Of a stretch of 64,000 nt of DNA, positions 48,708 through 61,500 are shown piece after piece; the stretch's first letter is position 1; every line of letters starts with the position of its first letter. This stretch comes from Vicugna vicugna (Eukaryota), in the NCBI GenBank assembly GCA_013265495.1, contig MU057809.1, positions 1,169,062 to 1,233,061 of the forward strand. The letters are read 5' to 3'. The notes under the pieces were generated by a model. That model searched no databases and was not told the DNA's origin. It worked only from the letters and a program-made list of their open reading frames with translations. The translations under genes were made by a program, and so were the position numbers.

Positions 48708-51700
48708 GTCTGTGTACTAATCTTAGAACACGAGACACAAGTTTGTTTGTGTGCCAATGCCCCTTCACTTCTTCCTCACCCCCTCCTTCTCTTGTCCAGT
48801 TTTTGTATCTCGAGGCGGAACACTCATGTGTCTGAGCGTCTGCTGAACCCCGGGGGCTCTCTAAGTCACTCTGGCACCCACGTCCACGTCACCCTCACCC
48901 CAGCTGTGAGGCCCACGCTGCACGCATCCTTTCTGGGGGCAGGAGACTCCCTGATGCCGTGGCACTGTTCTCTCGCTGCTGAACCGACACGCTGCCAAGC
49001 TGTCTCTAAGGATGCTTGTAAATCCACAACAGGCTTAAACCCACCAGGAAGGGCTGGGCCCGTGCAGGAAGTTCTTCCTTGTATCTAGCCCTGGTCCCTC
49101 CTGCTGCACCTGTAAGCCATTCCCTCGATTACTGGTTCAGAAAGGTTTAGGAGCCTCTCGTCACCACGCCTTTCTTTTTGACGGTTCTTGGGGGCAGTGT
49201 GTCACAGGTGCTCACTGGCCACAGCCTTGGGGCAGAAGCTCCCAGACGGGCACAGTCTGAGCAACGGCCAGCTGTGCACTGCGGCTCAGACATCGGGTCT
49301 CTAAACGTGAGGGGTGGGGCTTCTCCACGAGGACTCCCCGTCCCTGTCCTGACGGCATGTGTCCACCATAGTGGAGGGCGTGGCTGAGGGGGTCTGGGGG
49401 GCAGGCCTGGTGCTTTGAGAGGAGCAGAGGCCAGGAAAGACTCGGAAGCAAGGCCCCAAGTCAGGCAGGTGAGGTCCCACAGGGCCCAGAGGGTGGCTGG
49501 GGCACGGGCAGGACCGGAACGGGGAGAAGAGTCCACGCTGCTCTGGGACTGAGTCTGGCAGGAGGCCGAGGCCAGGGCGAGGGCACCCCCCCCCCCAGGC
49601 TTGGGCTCTGGCTTTGCCGGAGTTCGCCTTGACCACAGACAAAAATCTTCCCGTCCCCTCCAGGATCTGCAGATGGTGGAGGCCAGCACCACAGCCCGCT
49701 GCCCCCGAGCCACCCCTGCAGGCACCAGGGCGGCAGCACCAGGAGGCCAAGAAGACCAAAGTAAAGACGGCGGCAGCCGAGCCAGCACACGGGCAGGGGG
49801 AGGCTGGAGACGCTGATCTCAGAGCCAGAGTCTCCCACCCAGAAGCTGGATTTCAGAGACGGGGGCTCTTGTAGCAACGCTTCGGGGGCCGCCTGCGCCA
49901 GGCGCAGCCTCCTGCAGCCCTTTACACCAGACCTGGTGGCTCCCTCACCAACCGCCTTCAGAAGAGGGCCATCCGGAGTATCAGAGCTCTTCCCAGGGAC
50001 CTCACGGGGAGCCTCAGGCCTTTTTTGAATCATTCCTGATCGTGGGCGCTCCCCCAGGGTCACCGCAGGCCACGGCTTCTGCGCTGGGACAGCTCTCCGT
50101 GGGCTGGAACACCAGGCTGTCACCCTCCAGGTCAGGCTCAGGCTGAGGGAGCCACTGGGGACACCTGTGAGTGGGGTAGTTGCCCCAGCGTCCGGGGAGG
50201 GGCCGACCCCTCCTGCGTCACCGCACACCACGCGCACCCACGTCTGAAACGGAACAGACCCCAGCAGTGAGGCTGGGGCAGGGCTGGGGCACACGAGCGC
50301 AGGCTGACCGGTCCGGTGCCTCCGGCCGGCCGTCTCTTGGGTTTTCTCGTCACCTGAGGAGAAGGTGAGCTGACTTTGCAATTCTCACACTTCTCCTTCT
50401 CCGTCCCCTTCTTGTTTCTCACCCTGTCGATGCTCACGTGGATCGTGTGGTCGGCGTCTCCCCGCTGCCTCTCACAGGAGCAGCTGACATCTCCTGGCCC
50501 AAGACATAGTTGCTTCTATCTTTCTCTGCTGCAAAGCTGGTTGTGAAAGCAGAAATAGTTGTCTTCGGCACAGGACATAACTCAATTTAAATAACTCAAA
50601 TTAACTCAATAACTCAAATTAAAACGTGGAGACTGGGCCAGGCTGTGGTCAGTCCTGTGGAAACTGCAGCCTTTGTTCAGGGGCCTAGGGGCCCTGAAGG
50701 TGGGGAAAGATGGCCAGCTGGGGTCCACCTGCTTGGAGAAGCTTGGGGACTGGAAGGCGGGGGGCATGAGCGTCACAGTAGGGGGAGGGAACATCGCTGG
50801 GGCAGAGCTGGTCCGTTCACAGGTCCCTCACAGCAGGTGCCCTCCGGTCAAGGAGATCGCTGGAGGGCAGTGGACCTCGGGCTCTGGAGTCCCAGATTTG
50901 GCTTCTGTTCCCAGCTCTTCCACTTACACAGCTGTGTGCCTGTGGCTGGTTGGCTAACGTCTCTGAGCTTCTGCTACTCTCTGAATGAGGAGCAAACACG
51001 TAGCTATTTCAGAGAGCGTATGTAAAAGTGTAGGCTGCTAATGTGAGAACTGGTTTTGGGGTTTTATTCTCAACTGAGGTGAAACTGACACAAGATAAAA
51101 TCAACCCTTCCCAGCGAACGCTTCAGTGGCATTTAGTACATTCGCGATGTTGGGCAACCACCACCTCTACCTGGTTCCAAAACATGTCGTCACCCCAGAA
51201 GGGGGCCTGGTCCATTCTGCAGCTGCTCCCAGTCCTTCTCACCCCCAGGGGGGGGAGGTCTCTGTCTCAGCTCCTGGTCCTGTGGGCCAAGACCCCTGCC
51301 CTGCTTGCTGAGCCTGAGTCCTGGCACTCACTGAACAGCCTTGCTGCTTCGTTCCAACTCCCAAGAAGGCTTCTGCAGTGTGAGATTCTGGCTCCCGGGC
51401 ACCTGAACACTTACTTAATTCAAATAAACCTTCAGCAACACCCCCAGGGGCTGAGCCTGGGTAACTCACAGGGAAACTCTTTACAATTTACAACAGGCTT
51501 TATCCTGGCAAAGGGTCTGAGAAGTATGGCTGCAATTAAACATTTAAAACTTTATTTCCTGTATCCCACTCTTATTTGACCAGGGAATCCTTTCATCTCA
51601 TCCAGAGGACGCCCAGAACCCCCTCTGCTGGCTGCCATTTCAGGGGGTACTCTGGGAAGCGTTGACCTAGAGCAAACATTAACCAGGCGCCTCTGAATGC

Positions 51701-51811
51701 GGGTCCGCGGGTCCTCGGGTCCGCAGCGTAAGTGGTTTCGTTTCATCTGCATGATGCACCACTTCTTCATAATCAGCAAAATCTCAGCTGGGGGAAATTA
51801 CGTTTAAAAAG

Positions 51812-52520
51812 GTTTTTTTTAAGTGGAGGTATAATTTACATATAAGACAAAAATGCATCCTTCTGAGTGTAGTTTTAGGAATTTTGACAAATGCATATAG
51901 TCATGTAACCGCCACCACCACCACAATCCAGATAGAAGACGGTTCCACCACCGCGATACCTCCCCATGGCCCCTGCAGCCACCCCTCCCGGAACCACAGG
52001 CTCCAGGAAGCACCTGTCCCTGCGGTTCTGCCTCTTCCAGAAGGTCATCTGAATGGACTCGCACCAGATGTGCTGTTTTGAGACTGGCTTCTTTTGCTCA
52101 GCATGACACACCGGAGTGGCTCTGTGCTGCTGTGGGCACCGGCGGCTTGCTCCTTTCACTGCTGAGTCGTACTCCCGTGTGTGGCTGTGCCCCAGTGTGT
52201 TTGTTCCCTTGCCAGTTGGAGGATTTGGGAGTTATTCCCAGTTTCTGGCAGTTATGAATAAAGCTGCTAAAAACACTTGCGTACAGGTTTTGCTGCAGAT
52301 CTAAGCCTTCATTTCTCTAGGTCAATGCCGAGCAGTGGGTTTGCTGGGTTGTATGGTAGATTTACGTTTCACTTTTTAAGAAACTGCTAAACTGTCTTGC
52401 AAAGGAGCTGTGCCATTTTGCCTCCCCACCGGCAACGCAGGGGAGTTCCAGCCACTCTGCACCTTCACCGGCACTGGGTGTCGTCAGGGCTTAAAAACGT
52501 ACTTGAACTGTCCTCATGGG
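51812..52520 (-). mobile_element. Old L1M 3'-end fragment
   Basis: aagtggaggtataatttacat...gaattttgacaaatgcat...aagaaactgctaaactgt. Confidence 0.75.
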
Positions 52521-52577
52521 TAGGGAATAGGGAGTAACACTGCAAACCAGCTTGTTATGTAATTTTTGATAAATACG

Positions 52578-52978
52578 GTTATGGGCTAAATTGTGTTCCC
52601 CTCAACAGAAGACATCCTGGAGTCCTGCCTGCCCCCGAGTACCTCGGAGTGTTGGCCTTATTTGCAGATAGGATCTTTACAGAGGAACTCAAGTTAAAAT
52701 GAGGTCATTAGGGTAGGCACTAATCCAGTGTGGCTGTGTCCTTATAAAAAGGGGGAAATTTCGACACAGAGACTGATACTCAAAGAGGGAAGTGAACGTG
52801 AAGAAACACAGAGAAGACAGCCATCTACAAGGCACAGAGAGAGGTCTCAGAAGGAAGTGACCCTGGTGGCGTCTTGATCTTGGACTTCCAGCCTCCACGC
52901 TGAGAGAGATTAAATCTCTGTTGTTTAAGCCGCTCAGCTTGGGAGTCTTTGTTGTGGCAGCCACAGGAAGCTAGCACA
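52578..52978. mobile_element. MLT1 LTR
   Basis: ttatgggctaaattgtgttcccc...aagttaaaatgaggtcattaggg...tcttggacttccagcctcc...tgttgtttaagcc. Confidence 0.8.
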
Positions 52979-53023
52979 CAGACAAAACACCACAGATGAT
53001 ATATCTAACTTTTGAATCCTATT

Positions 53024-53531
53024 TGTGAACGAAAAATATTGCCAGCCATATCAGTAAACAAAGGATGCTGCGGCCATCAAGTCATCAGCCGATACCGCCA
53101 CCCCTGACAGTGAGCAGAGGGAACTCAGGATGCAGACAAGCAGGCAGCCTGGTCTCTGCAGCTTCCCCTAACGGTGCCCCCGAGGGGACTCAGGCTGGGA
53201 GAGAACAGGACACTGGCCCTAGACAGCTAGGTGCACATCAAAGGAATGATATCATTGAGCCCAGACTTTTGCACCTTCCCATACGTGGAAAAGTGCTAGC
53301 TTCCTTAACTTGCAACACCCAGTTTTCTTTCATTAATGGTAATCCTTTGATGTTCCGACTACCTGGCCTTTGTTGCAAAAACTCATATATCCTGGCTTCT
53401 ACCTTGCCACTTTGGAACAGTCCCTCAGAGCCATCTGAGAGACTGTCATCCCAGGCTTGAGTCCCTAAAAACGTACGCCGAATAAAACATAACTGTCAAC
53501 TTTTAGGCTGTGTATTTTATTTCAGTCTACA
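53024..53531 (+). mobile_element. Solo ERV LTR with 4-bp TSD
   Basis: TATT|TG...CA|TATT; TATA-like catatat at ~53384; AATAAA at 53481-53486. Confidence 0.75.
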
Positions 53532-54229
53532 TATTAATCAGCTGACCGACCTGTCACCTCCCACCCGATGGCAGAACTGGAATGTGAGCAGCATCTTTGC
53601 ATCTCCCTGAGCCCTCCTGCCCTTGCCAAGCTGGGATGCCTGCCGGCAAGGGGCAGCCTCTGTCCAGGGAAATGGAGGGTGTGGAAAGAGGTCGCTGCTT
53701 TGAGAGGTTAGCTGGGAAGGGGCTCCCTGCAGGGGTAAGGGTATGGGTGTGGTTTTTGCTTTTAAAACAGGACAGGCCTGACGGTGGTTCATGCTAAAGC
53801 AGGCACCCAGCGGAAAGGAGGGTTTGGTAAACGGTCAGTTTGTTGTCTCCTTTCTAGAGTAGAGGCCCAGCTGTGACTGAATGGAGACGTGGCTTTCCAT
53901 CGGAAGGAACCACGTAAAACTTCATTGACTGAAGGAGTTGTGCAGACAGGCAGTGGAGACGGTTGCACAAAACGTGAATGTACTTAATGCCCCTGAATGG
54001 TACACTTAAAAATGGTTAAGATGTCAAATTTTATGCTATGTGTATTTGACCACCACTTAAAAGAACCACTGACAGTAAGAACAACGGCGCATCCGGCATC
54101 TTAGCGCTTTACACGCACCCTCTCATGTGGGTCTCACCAGCTCCCTGCAGGGCGAAGTCACGACCCCACTGATGGACTCAGAGACAGACACCTCAGAGAG
54201 GTTCAGTCACTTGCCCAAGGCCACACAGC

Positions 54230-55410
54230 GAGCCCCAGGGCCCGGCATCAAGAAGGGTCCTCTGCAGGCAGGGAGCTCGTGAACAGGCGGGGTAGACAGC
54301 AGGCGCTGCGTAAATGCTGGTCGCGGGACCCGACCGCTGCGCCAGCCGCGGGCGCCGACAGCACAGGATTGGCTGCCGGGAAGGGGGCGGGGCTCCCGGC
54401 GGCCGGGGGCGGGGTCGCCCCGGGACGTAAATACGGCGCCACATGGCACTGGCTGGGGAGGCCCGGGGCGGTCGGAGGGCGCAGGCGCGGTGAGGGGGGC
54501 GCGACTCGGCGTCCTTGGCCCCTCCGCCGGCCGCGACGTCTCGCGAGAAGGGGAGCGGGAGGCGGGGCGCCGGCGCCGGGGGCGGGGCCAGCGGAGGGGC
54601 GGTCTCGGGAGGGTCCGCGGGTCGCGAGGCGGCTGCGGCGGCGGCAGCGCGAGGTGAGCTGAGGGGAGCGCCAGGTGAGGCGAGGGGCGCGCCAGGTGAG
54701 GCGAGGGGCGCGGGGCGAGGTGCGGGGCGTGGGGCGAAGGGAGGCGCGGGGCGGGGTCCCGGCGGCCCCCGGCGGGTCCTGCCCCCTCAGCCGCCGCGAC
54801 AGGTCCGGCGTGGCCCCGGGCCGAGCCCCCGCGCCGCCGCTGTGTGACCTTGGCCCGGCTCGCGCCGTCTCTGAGCCCCAGGGCTGGCGGCGTGCGGGAG
54901 CCCGGACGGGGCGTGGGGCGCCCGCCGCGCCGCCCGTCCTCGGGGAGGCTCGGGGCTGTGGTCGGCTCCGCCGTCGGGGCCGGTCCCCGCCGCCTCTGGC
55001 CGCCCTGCGTCGGCCCTGCAGGCGGGCCGGCGGGGGTCCTCCCCGCACGCTTGTCGGCCCCGCGCTCCCCGCTCCGGCTGGTCGCGAGCGTGGAGGGAGA
55101 AGCAGGCGCGCCCGTGGGCGGACGGCCCGGGCGCACGCGCCCCTCCGCCAGCGCCTCGCACGGGGAGCCCCCGCCCGGTGCCCGGCCTCCGAGGCCGCGG
55201 GCATCCCCGTCTGCTGACCGCAGACCCGCGGGCGCAGGCGGGTCCTGGAAGAGTGCCGCTCGCACGAACCTCTGCTCCAGAAGCAGCGAAAGGAAGCTAT
55301 GCGTTGGTCGCTAACAGTGGGGCTTAATCTTCCATTTGGGCTCCTGGCCACCAGGACATCACAGGCGGACCGTTGGCTCGAGCCGAGGTTCCGTCTGGCG
55401 CGGAGCACAA
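54230..55410 (+). promoter_or_regulatory. CHST12: CpG-island promoter and non-coding first exon (first donor after 54653), probably CHST12
   Basis: Very high CpG density; ATTGG (CCAAT box) at 54368; GGGGCGGGG boxes at ~54384, ~54406 and ~54579; TCTCGCGAGA at 54539; GAG|GTGAGC donor. Gene name from recalled EIF3B-CHST12 synteny only; no CHST12 coding sequence is in the window. Confidence 0.6.
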
Positions 55411-57789
55411 CAAGCCGCAGTGTTTCCGTGATTATTGAATTATTTATTTTATAATTCGACGCCAGAGTGGGGGGACTCAGGAGACCCGGGATGAAGGAGA
55501 ATGTGGGTTGTGGGCAGAACGGTGGCAAGCGCCTCTTTAGGGGTGCTGTCCCCTGAGGTGTGGGCCCAGTGGGAGAGGCTGGGAGAAGGCGCAGCTGGTC
55601 CCCACCTGCCCCCAAACCGGGACACAGTTCAGCCCTTCTCTGTCAGCATCTGGTGTTGAGGATGTGAGGCAGGGCCGGTGTCTGGGTGACAAAGGAGATA
55701 CTAGGAAAACAAATGTTTTAATTGGAGTATAATTGACAACTGTGTAAATTTTAAGGTGTACAAAGAGTTGATTTGATACCCTTACATATTGCAACGTGAT
55801 TACCGCGGTGGTGTCAGCTAACACCTAGGAAATTGTTATGTGAGCATTTAGAGAGCGCCTGCGTGGAACTGCATGGATGTTTGCTTTCCTTGCCAGTTGG
55901 TTTGTAAGACTTTGGGCGGGTGTCTTCTGGCCAGCAACACTGCTCTCCATTACTCAGTGTGCACCTACTTAATCAACTCCGCAAACACCGAGCCTCGCGT
56001 CATTTGTAATATGCCAGGTTGGGCTGCATGCTGGTGACATGGTTCGCCTGGCTATAATACCGTGTGATTGGTGCTGTCAGCTAGACGTTTACGAAGTGTG
56101 AAGAAGGAGGGAGCAGCTAAACTTGTTTCTTGGTGTTGGAGAAGTTTTCCACAGTGGAGACAACATATGAACTGGGAGAACGTTCCAGGTGAAGGCCTCC
56201 AGGTGTGCGGAGATGGAAACGTGAATGAGACATTTGGGGGTGGGGAGCAGTGAGTCCTTGTATTCCTTGTGGGATGGGGTTTGAGGATTGTAATGGAAGC
56301 TAAGGCTGGACAGAGGTTTCTGACTGAAGGGCCTTGAATGCTCTGCCCCGGAGTCTGGACTTTTATCCTGTTGGTGAGGCGTGGTCAGGGTTTTGGGTGG
56401 GATGTGAAAGATGTGTTTGAGAGAAGTAGCACTAGTGAGAGCGGAGGACAGATCCAGAGATGGGAGTTGGTGACGGAGCCGGGTGCAGTTGCAGGGGGCA
56501 CGGGCCAGGACAGTGGCGGAGGGTGGAGAAGGGCGTCAGGTAGAAACAAGCAGGAGAACCCACAGTGCAGGGGCACTCACTCTGTGGGCTGGTCAGAGGA
56601 AACGGAGGAAGGCAGAAGGAAGTGGGATTTCTCACTTGGGTGCTGAGGACAGGGCTGGTACCTGAGAGAAGGGGTGTGGGAGTGGCTTTGGAGAAGGAAC
56701 GGGCTAAAACACATTTGACTTTCAGACTTGTAGGATTTGCAGTACATGTGGGCCATCCTGGATGAGATGTGCTTTTAGAGAGAAAGTGAGTCCTGGCACG
56801 GAATTGTGGGGAATACCAGCAGGAAAGGGGGCCGTGGCGGAAGAGAGCGTGCTGGCTGACAGTGGACACGCAGTCGTGGTGGTTACTGCACGTTCACCAA
56901 GGCTGGTGGGTGATTCTCTTCTAGAAGGATCTCAAGGTTGAAGCGCCGTTCCTGGATGAGAGACTGGTTATTGAGAATACTGAAACAGATGCTGCTAGTT
57001 TGTAATGGCTTTAAAACTCACATCTTCAGTTTCAATTTTTAGGTTGTTTTCTTTCTCTTTTTCTTCAGAAAGCAGTGGTTGCTCTGTGGCAGCAGCTAGG
57101 GCTGGTGGTTCTCCAGTCATTTGCCAGCAGATGTCCTTAATGATAACTGACTCGGTAACTCAGTACTTCCTGTAGTTAACCATCCTGTAGGTGACGGTTT
57201 CTGTCACTGTTTAGAGCATTTTTAAGTATGTCAGAGAGGAGTAGGAAACGCTGGGCATAGCTGACTGGGGAAGGGGGTGCACCACTCTGCAGAACACAAC
57301 AGGGTGAAGTGAATGGAGCGTGCCTGGCTCCCAGGACACTACCAGCTGGCACTTTCCCCTCCAGGCAGGAGAATGGAAGAATCTTTGGGGAAAATGAGTA
57401 GCCTGGGAAAGGACCTAAAAATAGTGACAGTCAGAGGCCCCAGGTAAGGGGGCCCAGCTGGGTAATCCGCTAATGAAGCTCATAATTAATAACCCCTTTC
57501 TACGGTCCAGAGCTTCCAAATTCTTTTAATCCCCCATCCCTTAAATAGGAACAGACAACCAAGGACATGTGGAGATAGGAACCATAACACACACTTGGAA
57601 GCAATAGAGAGTAAGCAGGAAGAAAACTTAAAAAGCATCCTGTCGTTAATACACACATGGAGAGAAGAGAAAAATTGCAAGCAAGAGACCAAAGCAGGAT
57701 GCTTAAATACATAAACAAACAAACAAACAAACAAATAGAGGAACATTTAGCAAAAAACCAAGAAGAGAACTCATAGATATAAACAATAC

Positions 57790-58560
57790 AATGGAAGAAA
57801 TTAAAAAAAAAAAACACCTCTGGGTGAATAAGTTGAGAACTCAGTAAATAGAACAGAAAGGCACAGAGATAGAAAATGAGAGAAAAAAGAACATTAAAGG
57901 ATCAGATTAGACAACTGACAGCAGGATAATAAGAGTTTCAGTAAGAAAGAAAATGGGATAAAATCATCCACAAAATGATATAAGGTAATTTCCTAGAACC
58001 AAAACTTTCTGCATTGAAGGGGCCCACTGAGTGACTAGCACTGTGGATGAGATCACAGGTTTCCTTCACTCCCCTTCTGTTCAGTAAGCGATTTGGACAT
58101 TTCGAGTGTAGGGGCAGGTTTGGGTAGTGAGGGATGCTGAGTGTCTCCCAGTGACTAGTGAGAGTTTTGGAAGCAAGGGATTTATTTGGAAGCGCATCTG
58201 AGGAAATCGGTTCCAGAATTTGGATAATGAGAGTTCAGATGTAGAGAGACAAGGTGCACCCTTTCCAAGGCACGTTGCTGTGAAATTTCAGAACTCTGGG
58301 ACAGAGAACTTGTGCTAGCTTCTAGAGAAAGAAGAAAAGCGGGCCACCAACAGTCTTTCACAGGGTGAAGCAGAATGGCTCGGGGACCCATCCACAGCAG
58401 CCTCGGAAGCTAGGAGATGCGAGAGCTTTGCTTTCAGAATTCTGAAGGAAAATATTTTCCACCTTTAATTCTAAACTCAGGCAATGGAGGATAGAATAAA
58501 GATATTTTCAGGCATACTCCGCAAATTTTGTCTCTCATGTATTTTTAGGAAGTGACTGGC
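57790..58560 (+). mobile_element. Highly degraded ancient L1 ORF1-like remnant
   Basis: A-rich strand with ataataagagtttcag, aatttcctagaac, gtgaaatttcagaactctggg, cagaattctgaaggaaaat, aataaagatattttcag. Confidence 0.45.
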
Positions 58561-61500
58561 AGGCACACTCTCCCTCAGTGAGGTGGTGAGTCTGGAGGGA
58601 CCGAGCTAGAGGAGACAGGATTGTCCTCAGAGGAGAGGTGAGAGGAAGCTGCTGGATGAGGTGAAGAGGCTTGGACGCCAGCCAGGGCAGGCACCCGTCG
58701 TGGAGAGCTGGTGAGAAGGTTCCTCAAAGAGATGGGGGGGGGATGAAATTGACAGGGTACCTGATGTGCTGGAACATCTGGAGGGGAGATTTAGGCATTT
58801 GGCAGGGTTGGGGCTGGATTAGTGGTAAGTACATAGAAAACAAAGCAATGAAAACACAATACTGTTACCTAGTTCTAGCGAAAATAAGCCGTTGTACAGG
58901 AAAAAAAATAATTACAGTGCTTGAGAGGCTCAGCTGTGGATAGCCTCTGCTCGATGATGATAATTTACGTAAACATCGAATATTGCTCTGATTGAAATGA
59001 TGATATGCCTGTCTGGAGGAGGCGTGGGGCTAAGCAGGGCATGGTTGTTTGAAGGACCGAGGGGAGGAAAGAGAGACTGCGTTTCTGCCTACTGCCTGCC
59101 ACCGTATTGGGAAGTGGATAGGCGATGCCCAAGGGGAACCAATGGTTATCGCCCAAGGCTGTTACTTAGAGGCAGGTGGAGACACCACAAGGTTCAGCTA
59201 AAAAGAACTAGGAAGGTTGGAGGCAGGTGATGAAAGGCAGGAACTGGGGGCTGTGTTTGTAATAAACTCCTGGGACGATTTAGTCCTTGGACGTGTACAC
59301 ATAACGTGGATCAAAATAAAGACAAAGCAGTAGGCTTCCAACTCCACTGAAGGAGAGGCCAGACTGTCACCACCAGGCATCACTCACCAGGCCCTCCTGC
59401 TCGCCGGGGAGAGTTGACCTGTTCTCATTTCCTGTGCATTATTGTCATTGTTCTCTGTGTCCTGTCCTTGGCTGTGGTCTCACACCAGAGATTTGGTGCT
59501 TTCTTTAGTTTTTTTTTTTTTTAATTTGTTACGAAATGATTTTTAAAACATAGCCAAAAGTAGAGGGTGTTATGAACTCTTGTCACCCAGTTTCAGAAAT
59601 TATGAAATCAGGGTCAGCTGTGTTTATCTGTTTTTGTGAGCATAACAACTTCTTTTTTTTTCAAACTGCAGCACCTTTGTTCACAGTATAGGCTTCACAA
59701 AGAGATAGGTTGTCACTTCCTGCCGGGGATCATGAGCTCTCTAGGACACCCTCTGCCTCTCCATTGCATAACAACTCTTTATTGTGTACCTACTGTATGC
59801 TAAGCACTGTTTGTAGCCTTGAGGCTGCAGCTGTGCAGCTGTGACAAACTGTGAGGGGTCAAGTACTTCCCTTCTAATGTTTATACTCTAGTGCAGATAG
59901 ACCATGAGCAAATAAACTGGTGAATATGTGATACTGGAGGTGATGACAAATGACAGAGAAGAAGCAGGTGGGAGGGCGGACTTGCAGGGTGAGGCGTCCT
60001 CAGGGGAGACCTCACTAATGAGGCGAACTTTGAACAGAGATCAGAAGGAAGTGCCGAATTGAGCCACAGGATTCCCGGTGTGAGCAGTCCACCCAGATGC
60101 AGATGAACATGGGCCAGACAGTGGGAGTCTGGCTGGTGCAGGTGATGAACAAGAAGGGGGACTTTGTGGCTAGAGTGGGGCCAGTGATGAGGAGGGGAAG
60201 GGGAAGGGAAGAGCGTGTGGGATCCCAGTCACGAAGGGCCAATGTAAGGACTGGAAATGGGAAGCCATTGGACTCCAGTGATTGGAGGGTTTTGAGCAGA
60301 GCTGTGACGTGATCTGACTTTTAGCAGAATAAGCATAGCTGCTAGGTTTAAAGTGGATTATATGGTCTTGAGAGCAGAGGCAGGGAGACCAGGTCAGAGG
60401 CTGTTGCAGTAATGCAGGTGGGAGCTGTCGATGGGTTAGACTAGGGTTGAGGGTAGAGGAGGTGGGGCAGGTTCTTAAACTAATCTTGGTGAAATTTATC
60501 ATCATTATTTTCCCTTGAAATAATTTCTTTGAGTCGACTTAACTCTGGGAAATGAGTTATTATTTGGATTCCAGCGTCAGTTACCATGCAACAAATATTT
60601 GCATCTTGTGAGGAATATAGAAGATATAGTAGATGTGGTCCCTGTCTTCTAGGAAGCTGAAATCTAGTTTGGGAACGTGGGACTGGTGTGCCTGCCCTAA
60701 TATCCTGTCTGCTTGTGAGACGCTGGCTGGGGCTTCGAGACCAGGGACTCAGAGACCAGTGTGAGCGGATACCCATCTGTGCTGTGGGCCAACTCTGTGG
60801 GAAGTTACTTTACTTCAAAGGCCAAGTTTGGGCTCAGTTTTCGTTGAGGTCTTCAGGAACATACATCAACCTTTCATTCTCATCAGTGTGACCATTTATT
60901 ACTTATTTTTTTATTTGGATGCACTGTCAGATTTACTTCTCAGGGTTAACTGAATACAAATGGAGTAATTTTATAAGCAAATAAACCCCAGTGCTGGTGG
61001 CACAAGTGAAAATCTGCCTTGCAGCGGGGGTTTTAATCCAGCACCAAAGCATCAGTTGCAGGGCTGGGCGACACAGGGTGCAGAGAGTGAGTGTTGAGAC
61101 CACTGATAAACTACAGATTTCTGTTGACTGCAGCGATGGGAGCCGCAGTGGATTATTTGCCTTCTATAGTGTTTGCAAAGCTGGAAAAAACATAGGTAGT
61201 TTCTGGTCTTTTTGCCAGTAGCATAAATAAATAAAACTTGAACATTCTTGGACTTCTTAATGAAGGTCATGTCACTTGATTTCATGCTCAGAAGTTGGTC
61301 ATCTGGACAAGGAGAAGACATAAAGTTAATAAAAATCTGAGTGTCTAGAAAAAGCAACCAATTCTGCATTAAATATCTACTGGAGAGGCTGTTAGAGGGA
61401 AGTGGTTGGGAAGTTAAGCTCTCAAATCAGTTGTTCAGATGCCCGCCCTGATCCGTTGTAGCTGTGTATACTTGGGCAAGTTGCCCGACTGTTTTGCCCC

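Noticed and set aside
54207..55615. 352- and 455-aa minus-strand ORFs
   Set aside because: Stop-codon scarcity in a CpG island; Arg/Pro/Gly/Ala-rich translations
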